Notes: generated by a model from the letters alone, not told the origin. A stretch of 15,187 nt of DNA from Myxococcota bacterium (GCA_039030515.1 JBCCEA010000061.1:1-15187), one strand, 5' to 3'; positions 1-6,946 are shown, counted from the stretch's first letter. Translations and numbers: made by a program.

Positions 1-449
1 CGCTTCGAGGGCGCTGGCTCTCTGACATCCCTGGACGGCCGCGGGGGTTGCGACAAATGCACGCCATAGAGCCGCTTACCTTCGATGCTCGTCGCTCAAC
101 GTTCCAAGAAGTACGCCTTCGCTCCTGCGCTTCGAGGGCGCTGGCTCTCTGACATCCCTGGACGGCCGCGGGGGTTGCGACAAATGCACGCCATAGAGCC
201 GCTTACCGTCTCGCGCCTCGTCGTCAGGTACCAATGTGTACCCTCCTCCTCCTCGCCCCAGCGGGCCTCGCTAGACCTGAACGCCCGCTTACCTCCCATG
301 CTCGACGTTCGAAGTAGCAAAACTACTCCTTCACGTCTGCGCGTGCGGGGCGCTGGGCGTTCAAGCCCATCGAGACGCGCTGGTCGGGGGCGCTGGCGCT
401 CTGACATCCCTGAACGGCCGCGGGTGTTTGGGGATGCACGCCATAGAGC
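1..449 (-). repeat. Cluster 1 of ~127-128 nt structured hairpin repeats (REP/REPIN/MITE-like), truncated by the window start
   Basis: Exact 80-bp direct repeat at 1-80 and 128-207 (period 127) and a third diverged copy at 388-449. 84-146 closely matches 2389-2450. 257-384 is an inverted copy of the unit at 2563-2690/2941-3065. Units fold better on the minus strand (G-T wobbles, tandem G.A). Confidence 0.92.
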
Positions 450-538
450 GGGTGAACTCCTGGAGAGGTTTGAATTGTTGCGATAGTCTTGGAGCACCCT
501 TCATTAGAGAGTGGTCTCAGTAACGAGGTGCTCCGGTT

Positions 539-970
539 GTGAAATCCGCGAATCCAGCAGCATTTACCTCAGAAGACATACGTAAGATGCTCCGGGAGGT
601 ACAGATGGAAGCAACTGTCGACGCCTCTGATGCAAGAGAACCCGTGCGAGTTTTTGCCTGCCCCTTTGCCCACCAGGGAGTGCTGGTTGCTTGGGATATG
701 GAACTTCATACCGTACAGCCTGGGCTTGCTCTGCTGACGGATGCAGTTTCCACAGTTCGACTTCAGCTCTTCTACCCGAACCAGACGACCGTGGTCCGAG
801 TCCAGACGCTGGATAGGGCGACAGATGGACATCAAGGAGCACATTTGTTTCATTTGGTATCTCTGCCGGCATACGCCGTTGCTGCGTTTGGTGTGTCCAA
901 CTCTGCAGAGTTTCTATCGCTGGCTCATACTAAAGTGCTTTGGCACGAAGCAGAACATTCGACCGCTTAG
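539..970 (+). CDS. hypothetical protein (143 aa)
   Basis: GTG start with GAGGTG at 524-529 as a plausible RBS; globular-looking composition; longest ORF in the interval. No family recognised. Confidence 0.6.
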   Translation: MKSANPAAFTSEDIRKMLREVQMEATVDASDAREPVRVFACPFAHQGVLVAWDMELHTVQPGLALLTDAVSTVRLQLFYPNQTTVVRVQTLDRATDGHQGAHLFHLVSLPAYAVAAFGVSNSAEFLSLAHTKVLWHEAEHSTA

Positions 971-1012
971 TGCGCATTCGACCGCTCAGTGCGCATTCGA
1001 CCGCTTAGTGCT
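956..1012. repeat. 3 x 19-bp tandem repeat CATTCGACCGCTYAGTGCK
   Basis: Units at 956-974, 975-993 and 994-1012; the first contains the TAG stop of the 539-970 ORF. Confidence 0.95.
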
Positions 1013-1097
1013 CATTGTCTGGCCTGACGCTCCGATGAAGTGGATGATCAGGTTGCAATGACCGATGCCTACACGCTGTTAAATGCCGTGCGACCCG

Positions 1098-1892
1098 CTA
1101 ATGCTGCTCTCCAGTGAGTGCAGTTAGGAGCGAGACGATCTCTGCAAGCCGCACTCTCGCCTGTTCACCCGCCTGGCGAGAACTCAGTTCTCTACGCAAC
1201 CGCTCTCCCTCAAAGTAGAGCTGAACCACCGTGCGAATTAGATTCAGTCTCTGTTGTTGTACCGCGCGACGTTCACGCAGCAGTCGGTATTCATCTCGAC
1301 CGTACAGGACGCGATCCAGACGAAACACCATCGAGACTTCGAGCGTGAGGTCGTCGTCTGACGAAAGTGAGGTGCGATCCACGTCGTCCGTCGCATATTG
1401 AGAGAGGTCTCGTCCCTGACCTCGACGGCCACTCATCCTTAGTGTGGGAATCCAGCCAGAACGCCTGCCGCGTCTTGTGATCTTCTTTACTTCCCGTACC
1501 GAGGATGCGTGGTGACGCAGTGCGGCTGAAACCAGTCGATCTACTCGTTGATGGGCTTCCACAGATATTCTCTGCGATCGGAGCGAAGACCGCCTCTCAT
1601 CTACACCGTCACCAGAAGACGTCTCATCGCTGGATGCTTCAGCGGCTTCGAGCGTGTATGCCCACGTGTCGGCCTCGAATGACCCCTCAAAGCCCGCCTG
1701 GGCCTCTGCCCGATATGAAACCACCGACAACATCAATGCCGCCGTGCAGTGTAGGCCTACCCTGTAAATCGATCTCCGCCTTTTCGAGGTTGTGTGGCGA
1801 TACGATTCGACTCGTGCACTGAGGAAGCTCAGATGTGGAATGGTAAGACTCAATCCGCTTTGCGGCGTAAAGTGCCTGTCACACATGTTCAA
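1098..1892 (-). CDS. exported hypothetical protein, possibly TolC/outer-membrane-efflux-like single repeat (true start probably downstream of 1892)
   Basis: Basic plus hydrophobic signal-like stretch ending AEA-Q. It is followed by a helix (LVSAAL), RSGWIPTLRMSG strand, LEVSMVFRLDRVL strand and long amphipathic helices (LIRTVVQLYFE...LTALTG), resembling one OEP repeat. Confidence 0.65.
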   Translation of the reverse strand: MNMCDRHFTPQSGLSLTIPHLSFLSARVESYRHTTSKRRRSIYRVGLHCTAALMLSVVSYRAEAQAGFEGSFEADTWAYTLEAAEASSDETSSGDGVDERRSSLRSQRISVEAHQRVDRLVSAALRHHASSVREVKKITRRGRRSGWIPTLRMSGRRGQGRDLSQYATDDVDRTSLSSDDDLTLEVSMVFRLDRVLYGRDEYRLLRERRAVQQQRLNLIRTVVQLYFEGERLRRELSSRQAGEQARVRLAEIVSLLTALTGEQH

Positions 1893-1940
1893 GACCGCAC
1901 CCAGCAGTGCTGCGTAGAGCTGGCGGGCGGATAGGCTCCC

Positions 1941-2303
1941 TCACCAAGATGCCCTTGCTTCCAGACGACGAATTGCTTCTGCGGCCTGGACTTGCTCCCA
2001 ACGGCACCATCGAGTGCACGGTAGAGGCTCAGCATGCGTCACATACTCCGGCATGGTCTGGTCGACCGGCGACTGTAGACCAGGCTTCGATATCGAAGGC
2101 CGTCTTCGGAGCCTGAGGTTCAGTACCGCCTCAACTGAAGATTCCCGCACGACCCCTCGCCGATGTTCAGACCGATCGTATCGTCGCTCCATCCGCGCTC
2201 GGACGAGAAAACGGGGCGCGAGACCACTCGTCTTCGACGGTTGGCAGGCGGTCATGTGCAGACTGAGGAGTACCCCACACCAAAGTATTTCGTCTCGGAA
2301 CAT
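1941..2303 (-). CDS. hypothetical protein, possible lipoprotein (120 aa)
   Basis: The ORF-track start at 2372 lies inside the repeat. ATG at 2303 gives MFRDEILWCGVLLSLHMTAC, a signal-like N-terminus with a lipobox-like Cys. Co-oriented with the 1098-1892 ORF. Confidence 0.45.
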   Translation of the reverse strand: MFRDEILWCGVLLSLHMTACQPSKTSGLAPRFLVRARMERRYDRSEHRRGVVRESSVEAVLNLRLRRRPSISKPGLQSPVDQTMPEYVTHAEPLPCTRWCRWEQVQAAEAIRRLEARASW

Positions 2304-2348
2304 AGCCTTGTATCGGCACTGCTGTGCTTCCAGTTTCCTCCGTTCTTT

Positions 2349-3078
2349 CCCAGGGGGCCTATGTCGGCCCAAACAGCTGCTGACCGAAGATGCTCGTCGC
2401 TCAACGTACCTAGAGTACGCCTTCGCTCCTGCGCTTCGAGGGCGCTGGCTGTTTGAACCACCCTAGGCCCCCTGGGGATGTGGTTGCTGAGTCGGCCCAA
2501 ACAGCTGCTGACCGCCTTGCGCCTCGTCGTCGTCAGGTACCCACTCGTATCCTCCTCCTCGGCCCAGCACGTCTCGATGGGTTTGAACGGCCAGCGCCCC
2601 GGAAGCACAGGAGCGCAGGAGTAGTTTCGCTACTTCAAGCTCCGAGCATGGGAGGAAAGCAGGCGTTCAGGCCTAGCGAGGCGTGCTGGGGGGCGCTGGC
2701 TGTTTGAACCACCCTAGGCCCCCTGGGGATGTGGTTGCTGAGTCGGCCCAAACAGCTGCTTGCCGCCTTGCGCTTCGTCGTCGTCAGGTACCCACTCGTA
2801 CCCTCCTTCTCGGCCCAGCGGGCCTGGGTTGGTTGAAACAGCGAGCGCCCCGGAAGCGCGGGAGCGCAGGAGTAGTTTCGCTACTTCAAGCTCCGAGCAT
2901 GGGAGGAAAGCAGCTGTTTGGGCCGACATAGGCCCGTTGGAGCGCGTCTCGATGGGTTTGAACGCCTAGCGCCCCGGAAGCACAGGAGCGCAGGCGTATT
3001 AACGCTACTTCGAACGACGAGCACGGGAGGAAAGCAGGCGTTCAGGCCTAGCGAGGCGTGCTGGGGGGCGCTCGCTGT
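2349..3078. repeat. Cluster 2 of ~127-128 nt structured hairpin repeats (six central hairpins, both orientations, nested)
   Basis: Unit 2349-2476 has a perfect 13-bp terminal inverted repeat CCCAGGGGGCCTA/TAGGCCCCCTGGG. A 70-bp exact direct repeat lies at 2440-2509 and 2691-2760. Plus-strand units are at 2563-2690, 2814-2940 and 2941-3065. Confidence 0.95.
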
Positions 3079-3086
3079 GGGCCGGG

Positions 3087-4820
3087 CTACAAATGTAGGG
3101 GGAACTGCCAGCGGCCATGTAGACCTCGGATATAGGCCCCGAGGGATACAATCGACGCAAGAGAGAGTGATCCGAAGAGCAAAGGTCCAACGGATGCAAA
3201 CAAGGAGTGGGGCACTCCGATGAGCAACCAGACAGTGCTGCCTGAGATCACTGTTAGCGATAACGGCACCCACCATTTCCAGCCTTCTGCCAAGGCATCG
3301 ACCCGGAATCGGCACACAATCCACAATGCGATAACCAAAAGCCCACAGCATTTCGCTGCAAAGAAGAAGGCGGCAAGCAAAGTGCCGTTGCCTGGCTCCA
3401 TTGGGACGGCCCATCCTCCAAAACAGAACGCGACCAGAGTCGCCACTAAAGATGCCAGGTAAAATAGCTCAATCGATGTGCAAAATGAATGTCTGCTGCC
3501 GGTCAGTCCTTTTAGTGATGCAAGGGACAGTATAATTTGCACAAAAAAAGCAGGAATTAGGGCAAGAGCCAAAGGGTTTGAGAAGGCGAACCAGGTCCAC
3601 GGATAGATGTCTTGGCCCCGAACAATCGAGTCGAGGTCTAGCGTTCCTTCGAAAGCCAGCAAAACCACCAGTAGAGCCAATACGGGAAGTAACGGCACTG
3701 TAACGCTCAGAATTCGACGGCAAGCTGATCGCGATTCTGATGATTCCGGCAGAAAGATTCTTTGTCCAGCTCTCATCACAATGCTGCTGATCAGAATCAG
3801 CCCTCCGTCTAATCCGCCTGCTAGGATGTATCCGGAATACGGCAACGCTAGAAAGTAAAAGATCAAAAAGCCTAAGATGGAGATCATTATGCCTAGCTGG
3901 TGCAGGGAAGCACTCCAACCTCTAGTTGTCTTCCGAGAGGCCGACGTGTTGCTCCTTATGCTAGCTGAAGACAGAGCTGATCTTTTGGGTAGTTGCCACA
4001 ATGGTCCTGTTGGAAGAAAACAGAACAGCAAGAAGAGTACTGCCCCAACCAAACCATGGCGAATCGTCTTCGAGCGCTCCTGTTTTTCCGCCGAATAGCC
4101 TGGCAAGGGGACTGATAGCTCCATAGTTGCCGGGGCATCGGGAGCTCTAATCTCGAGGATCGCGAATTCCTTACCGGGAACGGCTACGAAGTCTGAAAAC
4201 GAACGGACTTTCACTCTGTCTATGCTCACGATGGTATCGCCGACCGCAGTGCCGGAGTTTGCTGCACGTCCGTTTGGGTTCTGCTCCGCGATGATAAGCC
4301 CCATGCCCGTCGGATGATCCATCATCGTAACTCCCAAGAAATCAGAGATCTCTCGTGCTTGTTGCGTGCGACCAAGCGCTCGCGAAAGGCGACCCGAGGT
4401 CGTGGGAGTGAAGTCAAGAGTCACGTTTTCTAGCGTCCCTGAAACGGTGCCGCGATTGTCGGCCGCAGAAAAGAACACTCGAATGGAGCCGCGAAAAGTC
4501 ACCCGACCCCCGACGGCATTCACTAGTTCGTTTCCAACCGTAAACTGCAAAACCGACTCAGTTTGAGTGCGACCCTCTGCCTGGGCCTGCACAGCCGTCG
4601 GAAGTGCTCCCGGACGCGCTACCTCACCTTCGAAGCTCACGATGGCGCTTTGGCCTACTGGAAATCCCTCTCCCCAGATCTCTGCAGTTTCTTCAGGTCT
4701 AAGATGATCTGTCGATATCTTATGCAGCAATACAAGTGCGGCGTCCTCTGACAGCTCACATGCTACGAGCGAAACGAGGGATGTTAGTGTGAGCAGATGC
4801 AGCGGAGAAGTTCGGTTCAC
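3087..4820 (-). CDS. putative lipoprotein with PDZ domain fused to a degenerate NuoH (complex I subunit 1)-like multi-TM domain
   Basis: Lipobox LVAC (Cys21). PDZ-like segment GLIIAEQNPNGRAANSGTAVGDTIVSIDRVKV. C-terminal hydrophobic domain with NuoH-like motifs GTLDLDSIVRGQ..PWTWFAFSNPL, FGGWAVP, and RFRVDALAEGWKWWVPLSL. Confidence 0.8.
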   Translation of the reverse strand: MNRTSPLHLLTLTSLVSLVACELSEDAALVLLHKISTDHLRPEETAEIWGEGFPVGQSAIVSFEGEVARPGALPTAVQAQAEGRTQTESVLQFTVGNELVNAVGGRVTFRGSIRVFFSAADNRGTVSGTLENVTLDFTPTTSGRLSRALGRTQQAREISDFLGVTMMDHPTGMGLIIAEQNPNGRAANSGTAVGDTIVSIDRVKVRSFSDFVAVPGKEFAILEIRAPDAPATMELSVPLPGYSAEKQERSKTIRHGLVGAVLFLLFCFLPTGPLWQLPKRSALSSASIRSNTSASRKTTRGWSASLHQLGIMISILGFLIFYFLALPYSGYILAGGLDGGLILISSIVMRAGQRIFLPESSESRSACRRILSVTVPLLPVLALLVVLLAFEGTLDLDSIVRGQDIYPWTWFAFSNPLALALIPAFFVQIILSLASLKGLTGSRHSFCTSIELFYLASLVATLVAFCFGGWAVPMEPGNGTLLAAFFFAAKCCGLLVIALWIVCRFRVDALAEGWKWWVPLSLTVISGSTVWLLIGVPHSLFASVGPLLFGSLSLASIVSLGAYIRGLHGRWQFPLHL

Positions 4821-5037
4821 AAACTATTTTCGAGGCCACTTAGGTGGCTGAGGTTCTCACTTCAGAAGGCTGCTCGTCAAAAAATTGAGCGCTGTCTCGG
4901 TACTGATCTCCTTAGGGAAATTGGGGATGCGGGTTCTCTGGTCGAACGTAGAGAAAAGCAATTACGCTGGCGTACTCGAGGAGTTCATCGATTAGTAAAT
5001 AGTCCTGAAATAGACTTCGATCGTATGCAAAAGCGAT

Positions 5038-5066
5038 TTGATAATCTGAATTTCCAATGCTAAGCC
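5038..5066 (+). promoter_or_regulatory. possible sigma70-type promoter of tRNA-Ala
   Basis: TTGATA (5038-5043), 17 bp spacer, then TAAGCC (5061-5066) preceded by an extended -10 TG, 11 bp before the tRNA. The -10 element is imperfect. Confidence 0.35.
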
Positions 5067-5077
5067 CTTTCTCATTC

Positions 5078-5150
5078 GGGGCTGTAGCTCAGCTGGGAGA
5101 GCGTCGCACTGGCAGTGCGAAGGTCAGGGGTTCGATCCCCCTCAGCTCCA
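5078..5150 (+). tRNA. tRNA-Ala (anticodon GGC), CCA not encoded
   Basis: Acceptor stem GGGGCTG/CAGCTCC with the G3:U70 Ala determinant; D arm GCTCAGCTGGGAGAGC; anticodon stem TCGCA/TGCGA with loop CTGGCAG (GGC at 5111-5113); T arm AGGGG-TTCGATC-CCCCT; discriminator A followed by CAA. Confidence 0.98.
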
Positions 5151-5177
5151 CAACTTTCCCTTTAGCAAACGCAATCC

Positions 5178-5215
5178 AAAAAAAACGGGAGACCATGATC
5201 GTTTCATGATCTCCC
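5178..5215 (-). terminator. intrinsic terminator of the rplU-rpmA transcript
   Basis: Minus strand reads GGGAGATCATGA-AACGA-TCATGGTCTCCC (12-bp stem, one U-G) followed by G and T8. Confidence 0.8.
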
Positions 5216-5224
5216 AAGTCTCTA

Positions 5225-5248
5225 ACGTTCGATGTCTTCATCGAACGT
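5225..5248. terminator. perfect 10-bp hairpin between convergent tRNA-Ala and rpmA (possible terminator or processing stem)
   Basis: ACGTTCGATG-TCTT-CATCGAACGT, followed on + by AATTTAT. Confidence 0.45.
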
Positions 5249-5353
5249 AATTTATGATGCAGGAAAGAGAGGCTGTTGCCCTATGGATGCTCCGCGACAG
5301 ACCGAAGATATGACGATTGAAACGGAGCTGCGTTCCCGCGAAACCTCGTCTTC

Positions 5354-5686
5354 TTAGTTCGAGGCGCTTTCGGTCACCGATTCATTGGAAGCCGAATCGT
5401 CTAGGTCCGTCACAATAGTGGCGGCATCTACGAGAAGCGGTTCAACACTGACGATTTTCCGCGTTCGCCCCTTGTGTCCAAATTTGACTATACCGTCAAT
5501 GCGAGCCCACAAAGTATAGTCTTTACCGGTTCCAACATTGTCTCCGGCGTGGACGCTCGATCCAACCTGCCGTATCAATATGTTGCCGGCACGAACTTTT
5601 TGTCCGCCAAATACTTTGACCCCGCGACGTTGTGCGTTGGAGTCTCGGCCGTTTCGAGACGACCCTTGCCCTTTCTTATGTGCCAC
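5354..5686 (-). CDS. rpmA: 50S ribosomal protein L27 (bL27) with acidic C-terminal extension
   Basis: [29 protein letters not shown]...GNILIRQ.G...[14 protein letters not shown] is the L27 signature; GTG start; directly downstream of rplU. Confidence 0.99.
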   Translation of the reverse strand: MAHKKGQGSSRNGRDSNAQRRGVKVFGGQKVRAGNILIRQVGSSVHAGDNVGTGKDYTLWARIDGIVKFGHKGRTRKIVSVEPLLVDAATIVTDLDDSASNESVTESASN

Positions 5687-5697
5687 TGTTGCCTCGT

Positions 5698-6006
5698 CTA
5701 GGCGCTCACGCCTGTGATCTTAAGTTCTGTATAAGGCTGTCGATGACCGGCTTTCCGTCGGTAGTTTTTTCGGCGTCGCATTTTGAACACGATAATTTTC
5801 TTGGCTCGGTTCTGAGCGACGATTTCAGCTTGAACCTTCGCTCCAGGTACGGTTGGAGCACCGACCAGCACCTTCTCGCCAGTTACCATGAGAACGTCTT
5901 CGATCTCTATTCGGTCGCCAACGCCGCCTTTGAGTCGTTCCACCCGAAGAACGCTGCCTTCTTCAACCACGTACTGTTTACCGCCGGTTCTGATCACTGC
6001 CTGCAT
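5698..6006 (-). CDS. rplU: 50S ribosomal protein L21 (bL21)
   Basis: [12 protein letters not shown]...[28 protein letters not shown]; start placed at ATG 6006 to match the family N-terminus. Confidence 0.99.
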   Translation of the reverse strand: MQAVIRTGGKQYVVEEGSVLRVERLKGGVGDRIEIEDVLMVTGEKVLVGAPTVPGAKVQAEIVAQNRAKKIIVFKMRRRKNYRRKAGHRQPYTELKITGVSA

Positions 6007-6037
6007 GTTTTTTCCATCACCGCGCGAGCGGCCGGCT

Positions 6038-6065
6038 AACATACTAGAAAGACAAACGCCTGCAA
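6038..6065 (-). promoter_or_regulatory. possible sigma70-type promoter of rplU-rpmA
   Basis: Minus strand TTGCAG, 16 bp spacer, TATGTT, ending ~30 bp upstream of the rplU ATG. Confidence 0.3.
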
Positions 6066-6140
6066 GTTCAAAACGCGTCGACCGCAGAGTGGACGCGGCT
6101 GGCTCATGGCAAGTTACTCGTGACCTGCTAAACCTTCAAC

Positions 6141-6893
6141 GTGTCTAAGCGCGTCAAAACGGTCACTCACGAGACGATCGTGCGACGACCCCGCAGCGAA
6201 CGTAAAATCCTGGCGCCAGAGTTTGAGGCGCTAGCCCGCGGTGAACAACAGCCGTTCAGACATCGACGACCTCGTCTGCGGGATACGAGAACCGTCGCCT
6301 TGATACCGGGAGTTGCGAATCGTGATGCGCGCAGCGTGTGTGATGCGAGGACTCGAGAACTTCAGTTCTTGCTTCGTAGGATGAGCGAATCGGCGGAGCA
6401 GGACGAGTCCCACTACACGAGTGGTTTGCCTACTGAGAGCCTCACCAATGAGGTGGAAGGCGCTACGAACTTGGATTCAGACGCTAGCTTAGAAGCGGAC
6501 GAAGCCAGCATCGAATTGACAAAAAAACTCGCTGAGGCAGCTCAGCTTAGGCTTTGGCGAGGGAGAAGCGTCACCAGTTTTGAGTCGTACGCGGAGGCAA
6601 TGCTCCAGCTCGATTCCCAACACGCTAACGAGCTTCTCGCCGCTGGTCGACAAGCTTTGTCGATGGAAGAGTCCGCTGCGTCCGATGAGGCCATCGCGGT
6701 AGCGATTCGTACCGAAGCAGCCGCTCTTGAGTCCGGATTAGAGCTGCGGGTTCAAATCCAAGGTTCGTTTGGTGATGAGCGCATTGTCCTCGATGTTCAT
6801 GTTTCGTCTGCCTCTGAAACATTGCGCGCCATAGGCCGTCGGCTCACCCCGCTGGCCGCGGACCATGAAAGACAAACTCGAAACCAAGACTAA
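6141..6893 (+). CDS. hypothetical protein (250 aa)
   Basis: Long ORF filling the gap between rplU and the kinase, with a basic N-terminus, acidic linker and helical C-terminal part. No family recognised. Confidence 0.8.
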   Translation: MSKRVKTVTHETIVRRPRSERKILAPEFEALARGEQQPFRHRRPRLRDTRTVALIPGVANRDARSVCDARTRELQFLLRRMSESAEQDESHYTSGLPTESLTNEVEGATNLDSDASLEADEASIELTKKLAEAAQLRLWRGRSVTSFESYAEAMLQLDSQHANELLAAGRQALSMEESAASDEAIAVAIRTEAAALESGLELRVQIQGSFGDERIVLDVHVSSASETLRAIGRRLTPLAADHERQTRNQD

Positions 6894-6946
6894 CCGAATC
6901 AGCCTCGAGATCGATTCGATCTCCATAGTGGTTTGATGCCGATGGG

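Noticed and set aside
85..497. ORFs 85-486 (+) and 96-497 (-)
   Set aside because: They lie almost entirely within the repeat cluster; translations just mirror the repeats.
1..3078. Repeat clusters as a CRISPR array
   Set aside because: Repeats are 70-128 bp, the intervening segments are themselves repeated and homologous, orientation is mixed and no cas gene is present.
2252..3414. ORFs 2252-2608, 2453-2707, 2683-2931, 2714-2929, 2760-2969, 2881-3414, 2918-3223 and 3005-3199
   Set aside because: They are chance open frames across GC-rich repeats or overlap the 577-aa gene; there is no protein-like signal.
4797..5063. 88-aa ORF upstream of the tRNA
   Set aside because: Overlaps the start of the divergent 577-aa gene and the probable promoter region; no recognisable motif.
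5078..5160. tRNA-Ala as an integration site of an island
   Set aside because: No integrase and no duplicated tRNA 3' end are seen in the window; the downstream neighbours are rpmA/rplU.
6007..6042. N-terminal extension of L21 suggested by the ORF track
   Set aside because: The family N-terminus matches ATG 6006; the upstream part is likely 5' UTR/promoter.
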